DNA of 64,000 bases from Octopus bimaculoides. Lineage: Eukaryota. Under the pieces are notes generated by a model. The model was not told the DNA's origin. It was given only the letters and a program-made list of their open reading frames with translations, and did not search any database. Numbering within the stretch: position 1 is the stretch's first letter; every line of letters begins with the position of its first letter. Below are positions 1 through 12,665 of the stretch, one piece after another. The stretch lies in contig NC_068985.1 in the NCBI RefSeq assembly GCF_001194135.2, positions 31,734,348 to 31,798,347 on the forward strand. The letters are read 5' to 3'. The translations under genes were made by a program, and so were the position numbers.

Positions 1-654
1 ATATATATACTTTTTCCAGTGACATCCACTGGTTTTCAAAAATAGAAATATTAATATTTCTAAGTCTCGAAAAAGTGGAAACAAGCAATAATAAATCTCT
101 GAGCGAGTTATAAACAGTAGCTGCACAATATCATGAAGTATATTTGCCACCTAAATGTAGCTAACCCTTAAGGGGCTACAAGCTACAGTAGCATCGACCA
201 AAACAACTGAAACAAACTTAATCCTACTGAGCTTTGATGTAGTAATCCTTTACACCAATATCCTACATGATTCAGGAATAAAGGCGANNNNNNNNNNACT
301 GGTTTTCAAAAATAGAAATATTAATATTTCTAAGTCTCTCTAAAGGAAACTACGGTTCTCAAAGCAAATATATATACTTTTTCCAGTGACATCCACTGGT
401 TTTCAAAAATAGAAATATTAATATTTCTAAGTCTCGAAAAAGTGGAAACAAGCAATAATAAATCTCTGAGCGAGTTATAAACAGTAGCTGCACAATATCA
501 TGAAGTATATTTGCCACCTAAATGTAGCTAACCCTTAAGGGGCTACAAGCTACAGTAGCATCGACCAAAACAACTGAAACAAACTTAATCCTACTGAGCT
601 TTGATGTAGTAATCCTTTACACCAATATCCTACATGATTCAGGAATAAAGGCGA
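1..654. repeat. Direct duplication (1-287 = 368-654) flanking a 10-N gap; probable assembly overlap artefact
   Basis: Apparently identical 287-bp copies offset by 367 bp, with an N-run at 288-297 between them. Confidence 0.7.
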
Positions 655-720
655 TTAAATACTGGGTAGATAAACAGAGAAGCAATTCCCAACAGATTCA
701 TAGTGTCATTTATATGGAAA
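1..720 (+). mobile_element. Degenerate Penelope-like (PLE) reverse transcriptase fragment
   Basis: Translation at about 590-690 reads LSFDVVILYTNILHDSGIKAIKYWVDK, resembling the PLE RT motif SFDVxSLYTNIP..GIxAI. Stops upstream. Confidence 0.5.
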
Positions 721-804
721 CAGGTGTAAGACCTTCTATTTATAAATGTTCTATATTATACACAGCCTTGGTTTTTTTATCTCATTACAAAAAGTAAATC
801 CTTA

Positions 805-818
805 TATATACATACATA

Positions 819-876
<58 letters not shown>

Positions 877-907
877 CACACATACACACACACACATNNN
901 NNNNNNN

Positions 908-964
<57 letters not shown>

Positions 965-969
965 CACAC

Positions 970-1002
<33 letters not shown>

Positions 1003-1020
1003 CACACACAAAGATATATA
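805..1020. repeat. (TA)n/(CA)n compound microsatellite with gap
   Basis: Directly visible. It generates the spurious YIYIYI ORFs. Confidence 0.95.
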
Positions 1021-1099
1021 AACATACATTGAGTAGAAATGGTTTCACAATTACTAAATTCTTGCAGCTGTCACAATTGAATGATACATAAGAAATCAA

Positions 1100-1940
1100 A
1101 CTGAAGGTGAATATATTCTAAGAAAAAGAAAATGGACTGAAGTTTTAAAGAATGACTATTCTCAAAAAGAATTTCAGCATAGTGAAAAGTTTGAGATGAG
1201 AAATAAAACATATTTAGCAATGATAAGTGATGTATGTAAATGATGGAAAAGTTCAAGTGAATGTAGCTGGTAAGTTAAAAAGAAAAAAGTCCACTTTTGA
1301 AATGGTAAAAGCTGGAAAAAGAGTATACAACATGAAGCTGGAATTTGAAATTTTTCAATATATCATCGACTGAATGGCTTTCTTTTGAATATAGAGTCTA
1401 TAAAAACAGTGATCAAAGATGTATGACGTCGCATATAAGAGCAATACTGCACAGAGGGGTATATATGGGCCTTGAATAGGATTGGCAGATTTCTTGGTTC
1501 TAGATAAAAGGTAATTATCCTTAATGCAGTTTTAGAAATGTTAAGAATTTCAAGCATCTGTGAGTCAGGGCATGTTTAATACAGAATATACTATAAGCTG
1601 GGGATCATTCACGGGAATTCAAGAAGTGTTGTAATTGTTCTTTTCAAAATGATTGCATCTTATTGTCGCTAAATGTAAAATTTTATTTACTTTACAATTC
1701 CGTCTTGCGGACAGGGCTATTCTCATAACCTTCAAATGAGGAAGAAAATGATATTGTGCTTAATGCAGTGCCTGAAGGGAAGGAACACAATATTGTGATG
1801 AGGTGATATGAGTGGTCAGGTGAAGATGGCATTAGACTAACCAGCTCTATGAAGCAGAGGTCACTGTTGTAGCAGAGAAAAGGTAGAACAAAATGACAGT
1901 ATGAACCAAAGGTTTGTGTATGAGTATGACTCCATGCCAA
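1100..1940 (-). mobile_element. Degraded non-LTR retrotransposon (CR1/Jockey/I-like) RT C-terminal remnant
   Basis: ORF 1363-1557 contains ILFKAHIYPSVQYCSYM, resembling the LINE motif LYKAxIRPxLEYCSxVW. Related sequence recurs near 43280. Confidence 0.4.
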
Positions 1941-2173
1941 TCATTGCTTCTAGTGTAGTCTAGGAACAGTAAGTAATGCCATCTCAGCGCCTCTTTGAAA
2001 AATAAAATGGAAATCTCTTTGGAGAAATTGATTCTAGTAAAGCAGCAGATATCAAGTGGGTTTTAATGAGATTAAGGTATAAGCTGTCACTTTCATATGA
2101 GAGAATGGACTAATGAAAACTGATAGAAAATCATTCATGGCAAAAAACAAAAAGAAAAAACATCTAACAATAT

Positions 2174-2548
2174 AGGTGTGCAGATGGTAAGAAGCTTGCT
2201 TCTCAACCACATGGTTCCGCATTCAGTCCCACAGCATGGCACTTTGGGCAAGTGTCTTCTACTATAGCCTCAGATTGATCAAAGTCTAGTGAGTGGATTT
2301 GGTAAACAGAAACTGAAAGAAGCCTGTCATATGTGTATGTGTGTGTATGTCCCCTACCACCACTTGACAAACTGGTGTTAGTGTGTTTAAGTCTCCATAA
2401 CTTAGCAGTTCAGGTAACGAGATTGACATAATAAGTACCAGGCTTTAAAAAAAGAACTGGGATCGATTTACACAACTAAAAACTCTTCAAGGCAGTGCCC
2501 CAGTATGACCACAGTCTAATGACTGAAACAAGTAAAAGATAAAAGATA
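2174..2548 (+). mobile_element. SINE family A copy (tRNA-like head, central microsatellite, AAAAGAT tail)
   Basis: Head ggtaagaagcttgcttctcaaccacatggttccgcattcagtccc... and tail caatgactgaaacaagtaaaagat are shared with many other copies in the window. Confidence 0.8.
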
Positions 2549-3482
2549 ATATAAACTACTGAAAACATTGGCATTGATGGAAGGTATTGACAGGACATCA
2601 CTGACATGGTCACCTATAATAATGACAGTGACAAATCCAGATGATTTGTTCTTCTCATAACTCATGACACTCCATTAAAAGCTTTTCATGCTATACTTTG
2701 TCAAAAGGCTTTGCTAATATTGAGTACAACAATTTATGTTTTTCCGGGTTTTAGATATCATTGTGAACAAAAATATGTGCAGGAACAAAAAGGAGAAAGA
2801 GAGACAGAAAGCTTCTAGTTGCTATGTGAGATCATCTAAATAGTCTACAGTTCCTGTAGGAAAAGAAAGTTTGAAAAAGCTAAAGATAAAAACAAAGTTT
2901 GATATACATAGTTTAATTGTAACAGCTGAAATTCCATTAAATCATTTTCAAATGATTTTGAAAGTGCTTAGAATATGAAAGAATTTTATGAACTTAGTCG
3001 TTTGTTATGTATTTTTGCTAAACGTAAGTGAAATCAGCATTACATTTCAAACAAAAATAAGGAAAACTTGGCTATGCAAATATTACCTATTTCTGTTCTG
3101 GCCATCTTTAATGATACTGAATTTCAGAAATATAAAACCAATGTTTAATAATAAATCTGGTTTACATATATCATCTTAAATAGAAAAGATATTCTAAATT
3201 TTTGACTAGAGTAATAAATTTACTTAATATACTAAAATTTAATAGTCTTAGGTTGTTGTTAAAAAGAGCAAAATAGTCTAGTAAAAATTGCTCAGAATAT
3301 TCTCATGAACAGGAATCAAGCTAAACATCCTAATTTGCTACATAGCTTCACATACACATGTATGCGTACACACATGCATGCATGCATTAAAACTGTGTCG
3401 GGCCATTTATTCACTGATCCCAGTGTATGTGGGGAAGGTGGATTGTGTAGATGAATATATATATGAAACATTAACATAATGA

Positions 3483-4652
3483 TACACAGAGCAATTCAGA
3501 AGTTCTGAGACTTTTTTTAGGAGAGGCAGTTACTGTAATTTTAGTATATCATTACTATATATCTAATAAGCTGACCTACCAATTTTTTAAAATTATTATT
3601 CCAGATTGAAGGAAATGGCTGTAACAGCACTTTGAACAAGCACTACTGAACACTGCTTGTCACAGCTGATGAAGCTTGTTATGCAATAAAGTTTCATCTT
3701 AAACTGAGCAAAAATGCTACTAAGATTTATGAAATGCTCCAGACTGCTTATGAATTAACTAGTAGGAGCTGAGCATTTGCTTTTCACTGGCACGAGAGAT
3801 TTAAGGATGATAGAGAAGAGGTGAAGGACGTTAAGAGGTGTGATGAGAGGTGTGGACATCAGAACATCAGAGCTGGTTGAGAAAATTCGCAATTTTCTAG
3901 ATGAAGACCATCATGTGTCTATAAAGACAATATGCATACAGTTTGGACTTGTTGTGGCAATTGTGCACAGAATTATGCATGAAGATCTGAACATGCACAA
4001 AATTTGTGTAAAGTTTGTTCCCAAAATGCTCAATGATGAACAGAAAGAAAGATGTATTGGTAACAGCAGGGAAATCGTTGAGCTCATTACCTACAATCCA
4101 AGAGTTCTTGAATCTCTGGTGACCTGTGAAGAAAGTTGGATCAGTTGTTATGATCCAGAGACCAAGAGACAGAATGACCAATGGAATCATCGTGGCTACC
4201 CCAGGCCCAAGAAGACCAGGCAAAGGAAGTCCAATGGGAAGCTTATGATGGTCCTCTTTTGTGACAAGAGCATCATCTACATCTACTGGCTTCCCTCTGG
4301 CCAGACAATCAGTGTTCTGAAGGAGTTCAGGAAGAGATTTGATTGCAAAAGACCAGAGCACCTGCACCAGGACAATGCAGTTCACAATTCCATCCTGGTA
4401 ACCAACAACTTGACAGAGATGGGCATCAAAATTGTCCCTCACCCTCCCTACACTTCAGACCTTGCTCCCTGTGATTGTTGGCTGTTCCCCAAGCTGAAAG
4501 AGAACCTTAGGGGCAGTTGTTTTGACGGCATTGAGAAGATAAAGGAGGTCCTTGATACCTTCACTATGGAGAACTTCCATGGGGCCTTTACAAAGTGGCT
4601 GGAGTACTACAAGTGCATTGAAGTCAGAGGCTCCTACTTTGAAGGAAATTAG
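3483..4652 (+). mobile_element. Mariner (irritans/Himar1-like) transposon, defective transposase
   Basis: N-terminal HTH remnant (YAIKFHLKLSKNATKIYEML, about 3680) plus a 270-aa ORF 3840-4652 with FVPKML, LVTCEESW (first catalytic D replaced by E), HQDNA and HPPYTSDLAPCD. Putative 5' TIR near 3483-3512; no 3' TIR seen. Confidence 0.85.
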
Positions 4653-4790
4653 TTTTGCAAGGATCTCATCATACTCGCACTTGTACTGGTCTTCTTCCAG
4701 TGCCCTAAGGTATCCAGTCAAAATATGGTTCAAGGTGCAAAGAGTTACTCTGCTTGCAGGATGGGTCTCTTTCTTTGCACCATATTTCAG
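4653..4790 (-). mobile_element. Fragment of a HERO/R2-clade-like (REL endonuclease) non-LTR element, zinc-knuckle region
   Basis: Minus translation TLNHILTGYLRALEEDQYKCEYDEILAKL resembles the remembered consensus TLxHILSxCxxALxxGRYRWRHDQVL. Confidence 0.4.
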
Positions 4791-5171
4791 GGTTATTTAG
4801 GGTCAAGAATAAATTAGCAACAGCACAAACGAGGAAGGACACTCTTCCCTGGTCGGTGCTCTTCTATTATAATTCCATTCACATCTAGGATGTTATTTCA
4901 TTGACAAAGATGAATGATAGACAACATTGACCTTCATAGGACCTAAACACATAACATAAAGGTCTGTAACTAAATACCACAAGGCATTTTATCCAACACT
5001 CTAATGAATCTTCCATGTTAACATGTTTTATAATAAAGAGCTTGAAAAATTATAAAATAACAATTTATTCATAAATTATCTTATCCCTTATTTAAAGTAA
5101 CTAAATGGGGAAACAGTCATATAGTCAAAGTTAACTTGCTTACAAGAGAACTTCAATACTTGCTGATCAAG

Positions 5172-5215
<44 letters not shown>

Positions 5216-5363
5216 NNNNNNNNNNNNNNNNNNNNNNNNNNNNNNNNNNNNNNNNNNNNNNNNNNNNNNNNNNNNNNNNNNNNNNNNNNNNNNNNNNNNN
5301 NNNNNNNNNNNNNNNNNNNNNNNNNNNNNNNNNNNNNNNNNNNNNNNNNNNNNNNNNNNNNNN

Positions 5364-5403
<40 letters not shown>

Positions 5404-5844
5404 ACAGTGGCATTAATCAATATTTATTTATGAACATCATAGCATAAATCAAAAGAAATTAAGTGAATTTAAATATTAGAAAGCCTCATTGACTTGAACA
5501 ATATAAACACGTTCTATATACACTATTGATATGTGAAAAATAGAGGGAGTTTTCTGATGGACTATTATGCAGTTTGTTGACCACTCCTCAGAGAAGATGT
5601 ACCTAGCTTCCTTCCCATGCTTACTTTCTTATTCATCCCACAGTGAGGCATTATAATATTTAAATTTATTTCAGTTCTTCTAATTTATGCTATGTTGTGC
5701 ATAAACATATTACGTATAATTAATGATAAGCCACCAAAAGTACAAATATGTAAATTAGAGTATCCACCTTGATGCTAGCCTAAATCAGGACTCATTTATA
5801 AGCAGCTGATCTATGCCAAGTATGTCTTCTCTGGTACAAGCATT

Positions 5845-6000
5845 GTTACATGGTTATAAAGCTAACCTTGCAACCATGTAGTTTCAGGTTCGTGCCATTA
5901 CACAGCATCTAGGGCAAGTGCCTTCTACTATAGCTCCAGCCCAATCACAGTCTTGTAAGAGGATTTGGTAGACAGAAGCTGAAAGAAGTCCATTGAAGAT
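5845..6000 (+). mobile_element. SINE family A, partial (head)
   Basis: caaccatgtagtttcaggttc...gggcaagtgccttctactatagc...ggatttggtagacagaagctgaaagaag. Confidence 0.65.
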
Positions 6001-7657
6001 ATGTGTGCATGGGTGTGACCATGTGTATATGTGCCTCCTTGTCTTGATATTACATGTTAGTTGTAAACAAATGTTAGTGCCATGTATGCAGTATCATTCA
6101 TCTGCTATCTCTCAGGAAATCATGTCCAGCCATTATGCTGATCATGTTTCGGAGACAAGAGGAAATATTACCTTACTTGGTAACATGCAATGGTTAGTGC
6201 GAGGAAGAGCATCAGAGAAAATCTACCTCAGCTAATTTCAGCTGACATATGCAAGTATGGAAAAGTGGACATTAAAATGATGACGAAGATGATATATATA
6301 TATAATGCATCAACAAGCTTGTAGAATGCTGTGTTCATCTTCATCTTAATGACATAGACTCCTTTCAGTTTATTTGTAACATTCATGTCTTCTATGTGTA
6401 TTATTTTTGTATTATTCTCTTGGTGTTCAAGTAAAAACATATTAAATGTACTATTCATAACAGTCAATATAGCTTGTCACAGCTGCATTGATTCATTATG
6501 TAGAGAATATAAATAAAACTATTGTTTAGCAGTTCTGTTTATTATGGACTAAATTAATAATTCCCAACAATGGTGATCATGACATGATTAAACATATACC
6601 CTTCTCACATAGCAGTTTCATGATGTATTCCAATTTTTCAAGACTTCCCTACAAATAATATTTTTTATTCTACCATCAAAACTTTTTTTTCTGACTGTAA
6701 CAGTTACATTCACTAATCACTATTTTAAAAGCAAGTAACAATTGCTGTTCTTTTCATGAACAGCTATCTAGGAGGAAACTGATATAGTTGAATACCTCCT
6801 GTTGATATATTCACGGTGCCCAGTGTATATGAAATCTCAAATCAGCAGTTTGCTTTCATCAACAACACCAGTGAAGCTGATATCAAGAAACATGCCAAAA
6901 TGATCATGATTCTGGACTAATCATCTGTTAGAATATCTGTTCATTCAACCAGAAACCCTGCCATCAACAGTCATGTTTATGTCTTCACCTTTTGAACCAA
7001 TCAGCTTGTGCATCCACTTAGTCAATAGATGTGCCTCTGTCATCACATTTGAGCTAAATGGCTATTGTATCTACTTCATAAACAGACATGTGTATATCAT
7101 CATCTACTGACCAATCATATTTGTTAATACTATTTTAACAAACATCACTTTCAAGATGAACTATGAGGTATTGTAAAAGAGCATTCCAATTGGAACTGTT
7201 GATCATGTTTGTGAGGCATGCAGCTAACTCAGACTAGCAGAGCCAGTCAACACAGCCTAGTGATGCAATGTATTAGTGAAAACAGCTGAAGTACCAGTAG
7301 TCACAGTGGCAGAAGTTACAGCAGAGGTATATACAACAGACATAGAAGTGACAAACTACAGATTGTTTTTATCTTTGAATAATGATGTTTCTGTTGTGTA
7401 AATCATTAGAGAAAGGACTTTTCATATCAACAACCTGTTCTTTTGCATTACTACAATCATGATGATTATGGACCATACTCTACCAACATGCCAAAGACCT
7501 ACATGGAGGCAACCTGGGTCAACTTGACATCTGCATTTTATCCAAGCACCTAAAGGACTGAACACTCAGACAAATACAGGAGTATGTCTTCGTAAATGAA
7601 ACATGCCCAGTACTAAATAGGAAATAAACATAGTAGGTAGTCATACCCCTATACCCA

Positions 7658-7699
<42 letters not shown>

Positions 7700-7702
<3 letters not shown>

Positions 7703-10680
7703 CCACACCACCACAGAGATAATAACCAATTCACCAAAGGAACTTTTAGGACCAAGAAAACTCCTCCACTAAACAGCCACTTAGAAGCATTTGAAAACGA
7801 AATATGGAACACCATCAAAAACATCAAATTCAAGCGACACCCACTAAGGAATAATTACCAAAGATACCTTAAGGTCCTACTGCACAAACTAAAATCCCAG
7901 AATGGAATTATTGTCCACTCAGACAAAACTAGAAACTCTTACACTATGGACACCAACTTATACCACCAACTCCTACACAAAGAAATAACAAAAAAATACA
8001 AAGTAACATCAGATAGCACCTTACGGTCCATGAACTTAGCAGCCAAGGACATCATGTTAGAATACAACTTAGCCGAAAAAACTGAACCATTTATACCCCT
8101 TAGGCCGAGAATCACTTTAAAAGACCATAAACCCAATTTCCTTACAGACACTAAAGTTAGATTAATATGCCCTAATAGATCAGACCTATGCAAATTAAGT
8201 AAATTAATACTTGATAAGTACATCCCCACACTAAAAAGTAGACTCTCCCTCGAATTATGGTCTAACACATACGAAGCCCTTAACTGGTTCTCTAAAATAC
8301 AAAATACTAGTAACTACAAATTCATACAGATAGATATAGTAGACTACTACTCCTCAATTAACCCCACGATATTAAATAGTGCCCTAATATATGCCAAAAA
8401 TAACTCACAACTAACTAGGAAAGAAATTAATGTAATACTTGAAGCTAGAAAATCTATTATAAGTTTCAATAATAAGCTCTGGGTCCGTAAAGACTCCCTT
8501 AACTCCTTCGATATCACCATGGGAGCCCCGGATTCAGCTCAGATAAGTGACTTAGTGGGAATTTATCTGCTCTCCTACATACAGGAGGAATTCCCAGACC
8601 TGGAAGGTGGATTATACAGGGACGACGCACTATTTGTAATTAAAAGTCCCTCGAATAGGTAACTAGAGATCATTAAGAAAAACTTGCATAAATTCTTCAA
8701 AAGATTTGGACTAGCCATTTCTATAGAAAACGAACACACATCCATTAAACTATTTAGACGCCAATTGCAACCTAGCCACAGGAACCATACATAAAGCCCA
8801 ATACCAACCTAAAATACATAAACGCATCCAGCAACCACCCACTATTCCTCAAGAGAGGCCTAGCACATAGTATAAGTAATAGGATATCACGCCTCTCTTC
8901 TAACCAAGCTATTTTTAATAAGCATAAGGAAACCTACAACATCGCACTACATAAGGCAGGATTTAACCATAAAATTAAATTCAACGAATCCAATAACCAT
9001 AAAAAAGACCCAACTACAAGGAACCCAAACGCTAGAAACACACACACTACTAACACACCAAACACCGCTGGAAGCCACACTAATGATATGAATGACAAAG
9101 ATAAACATAACANNNNNNNNNNAAATTCACCAGCCTTCCCAATTATGATGGCAGGTTCTATACCAGATATGGCCATAATAGCAGCAAGAACAATAAGGAT
9201 ACGACCTGGCTGATCATTCCCTATAACATGAACCTCAAATCTAACATAGTCCGCTCGCTAATGAACATAATTGATAAACACCTCAATGTGAACAATAAAT
9301 ACACAGAAATATTTAAGAACAAAATAAGAATAGGCCACAGCCTGACATGTAACTTAGCTACCATAATAGCATCTATTAATAATAAGAAATTAGACTCATT
9401 CTATACAGCTAGAAACACCACGAACAACCAAATCAACAACCTCCCAAATAATAAAACTAACTCCAACCCTAATCCAACACCCCTTACTAGGAGGCACGCA
9501 CACCAAAAAAACAATAGGACCACACAACAACACACAGACAGACACCCCTTACAACCTATGTGGCTGTAGAGACAGGAATAAATGTAATTTCTCCAATAGA
9601 TGCAAGACAGATAACATAGTTTACCAATGTGACGTACAAACAAACAGCCACACTAAATCTTACATTGGGGCCACGAAAAACCAAATACGTCTTGGATATA
9701 ATGAGCACCTATCTAGTTTTAAAAACAGAAATAAGGCAAATTCAACAGGGCTTAGTAGGTATATCTGGGAACTAAACGACAATAAGATAGAATATAAACT
9801 AAAGTGGCACATACTAAAAGTAGCTAATTCCTATAACCCNNNNNNNNNNNNNNNNNNNNNNNNNNNNNNNNNNNNNNNNNNNNNNNNNNNNNNNNNNNNN
9901 NNNNNNNNNNNNNNNNNNNNNNNNNNNNNNNNNNNNNNNNNNNNNNNNNNNNNNNNNNNNNNNNNNNNNNNNNNNNNNNNNNNNNNNNNNNNNNNNNNNN
10001 NNNNNNNNNNNNNNNNNNNNNNNNNNNNNNNNNNNNNNNNNNNNNNNNNNNNNNNNNNNNNNNNNNNNNNNNNNNNNNNNNNNNNNNNNNNNNNNNNNNN
10101 NNNNNNNNNNNNNNNNNNNNNNNNNNNNNNNNNNNNNNNNNNNNNNNNNNNNNNNNNNNNNNNNNNNNNNNNNNNNNNNNNNNNNNNNNNNNNNNNNNNN
10201 NNNNNNNNNNNNNNNNNNNNNNNNNNNNNNNNNNNNNNNNNNNNNNNNNNNNNNNNNNNNNNNNNNNNNNNNNNNNNNNNNNNNNNNNNNNNNNNNNNNN
10301 NNNNNNNNNNNNNNNNNNNNNNNNNNNNNNNNNNNNNNNNNNNNNNNNNNNNNNNNNNNNNNNNNNNNNNNNNNNNNNNNNNNNNNNNNNNNNNNNNNNN
10401 NNNNNNNNNNNNNNNNNNNNNNNNNNNNNNNNNNNNNNNNNNNNNNNNNNNNNNNNNNNNNNNNNNTATACCCACCAATCACTTCTCCTACATCCCTCGC
10501 ACCACGAACTCTCAACATACTCCTCAACATTCTGATGAGATCTGCCAAACCATTGGCTAGATTGAAACGTAAGTAAATGACTATTACATAACATTCACAA
10601 TGACTCACTACATAACCTCAACCTCCACAATGACTCATTACATAACCTCCACACAATAAAACAACGGCTAACTAACCCAA
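7700..10680 (+). mobile_element. Penelope-like element (PLE): RT + GIY-YIG endonuclease, 5'-truncated, frameshifted, gap inside
   Basis: Frame open from about 7700 (HSDKT motif). RT ORF 7946-8662 has IQIDIVDYYSSI, ITMGAPDS and GGLYRDD. GIY-YIG at 9613-9839 reads NIVYQC...KSYIGATK...HLSSF...LSRYIWEL...KWHIL. The terminal-repeat region after the gap holds a hammerhead motif. Confidence 0.9.
10528..10579 (+). ncRNA. Minimal type I hammerhead ribozyme in the PLE terminal region
   Basis: Stem I CATT(10528-31)/AATG(10576-79). Core CTGATGA 10532-38. Stem II GATCTGCCAA-ACCA-TTGGCTAGATT (10 bp, one bulge). GAAA 10564-67. Mini stem III AC-GTAA-GT. Cleavage triplet GTA 10573-75. Confidence 0.75.
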
Positions 10681-10720
10681 CAGAACTGCTTCTTCTCGTA
10701 TTTGTTGCTCCATTCTCCAC

Positions 10721-10766
<46 letters not shown>

Positions 10767-10769
10767 GTA

Positions 10770-11200
10770 GAATAGTTAGTGAGCTGTTACGTAGACATAT
10801 GTGTGTGTGTGCATGCGTGTGTGCATGCGTGTGTGCATGCATGTGTGGGTATATATGTATAAACATATATATATAAAAAACACAAAAATGGGACAAGAAC
10901 ACAAAACATCCAGACAGATGATACAAAGAAAACAAGGACAGGTCATTCGGAGTTTTCTATCCTCAGTCGAGTTCCAGATAATCTTTGCAATTTCAGCTGG
11001 TTATACGCGAGATTGCTCCAATCTGGCCAGCCTCAAGGTAAAACTAAGCTAAGAGCATTAGATTCCTTCGAAGAAAGCAGTGAATGTATACGAAAACAAG
11101 GACAGAAAAAAAATGGAGAAATGTTACACAAATACAAATGCAATTAACAGGATATAAGAACAGGTGTCTTTCGACTAAGGACAAATTAAATTAAGCTGGC
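10770..11200. repeat. Unclassified interspersed repeat adjacent to the PLE (possible PLE terminal-repeat-derived unit)
   Basis: The unit aaacacaaaaatgggacaagaacacaaaacatccagacag (about 10877-10917) recurs in both orientations at 11605-11800. Confidence 0.45.
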
Positions 11201-11604
11201 GTGAGTGGAAGTAAAGCCTTATGGCAGGGACATAAGATTAGACAGGCACAGGGAGGAATATAGATGTTGCACGTATGGTAGTTGAACCAAGAAAGAAAGG
11301 TCAGGCTTGGCCGAACACCGGTCACGTGGGAAGAGAAGAGAGAGAGGTAGAGGCATAGAAGAATTAAGGAGGAGCTAGAAAAAAATGAAAGAAACACAGT
11401 GAAGTGAAAAAGGAGGGAAAGTGAGCATGAAGAGAAGGCCAGGAAATGTAAGAAAGGGGGAATGAAAGAACGAAGAGTGGAATGAACGAAATGTGAAAGG
11501 GCTGATAGAAAGAAGGAAGGAATAGAAAGAATAATAGAGTCATACCATATTTAGATATATATATATATTTACATATAATAGACCAAAGTGTACATACACT
11601 GCTA

Positions 11605-11800
11605 TATTTTATATATAAAAAATATAGAAACAGGACAAACACGCAAAACCTCCTGACAGTTAGGTGATACAAAAAAGGGACAACAAAACATCCAGACAGA
11701 CGATATGGGATGTTTTGTTGTCCATTTTTTGTATCACCTAACTGTCTGGATGTTTCGCGTTCTTGTCTCATTTTTGTATTTTTTATATATAAAATATATC
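11605..11800. repeat. Palindrome/hairpin: 39-bp arms (11655-11693 / 11708-11746, 1 mismatch), 14-nt loop, imperfect extension
   Basis: gacagttaggtgatacaaaaaagggacaacaaaacatcc ... ggatgttttgttgtccattttttgtatcacctaactgtc. Confidence 0.85.
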
Positions 11801-11819
11801 GACATACGTACACTTTAGT

Positions 11820-11823
11820 CTCT

Positions 11824-11872
<49 letters not shown>

Positions 11873-12017
11873 CACATATATACATATATATTATATACAC
11901 ATATATACATATATATTATATACACATATATGCATATATATTATATACACATATATGCATATATACTATATACACATATATATATACATATATATACATA
12001 TATATGTATATATATAC

Positions 12018-12048
<31 letters not shown>

Positions 12049-12665
12049 CATATATATATGTATATACATATANNNNNNNNNNATGTATATATGTATATAT
12101 ATATATATGTGTGTGTGTGTGTATACATATATATATATATATACATATATGTGTATATATATATATATATATATTACGTATATATACATATATATATATA
12201 TGTATATACATATATGTATATGTATGTATATATACATATATATATGTATATTCATATATATATATATGTAGGTAAATGGATATGAATGTATACAGATAGA
12301 TAAGTACATAGGTAATATGAACATACATACACAAATGAAGACTGAAACACATGACCATATACACACATGCACACTTGACACAAGGACACATATGAAGACA
12401 CACATCTCTACATAACAGAAGCAAATACATAGTCAGAAAAACCCTTACACAGACACACTTAGACATGCACACACAAGGAGACAGAGGTACACACACACAC
12501 ACACACACACAGGCAAACAAACACAAACACATGAATATGCAGAATACATACATACATATATATATATGCATACACACACACACACATACATGCATACACA
12601 TATACATACATACATACATACATACATACATACGCACACTGACCCACACACAAGCACACAAACAA
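11820..12665. repeat. Long degenerate (TA)n/(TACA)n/(CA)n microsatellite field
   Basis: Directly visible. Confidence 0.9.

Noticed and set aside
1-654. Apparent 367-bp tandem duplication as a biological repeat
   Set aside because: The copies appear identical and flank a 10-N gap, typical of an unmerged contig overlap.
746-1099. [14 protein letters not shown] ORFs here and at 5088-5433, 11710-12730, 29816-30106, 32183-32617 and 55123-55410
   Set aside because: Translations of microsatellites and N-gaps, not genes.
6750-7400. Possible Gypsy gag/protease remnant on the minus strand
   Set aside because: Only faint motif resemblance with many stops; cannot assign.
10935-10975. Second hammerhead-like motif on the minus strand (CTGAGGA...GAAT)
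   Set aside because: Stem II does not pair and the GAAA core is altered; not supportable.
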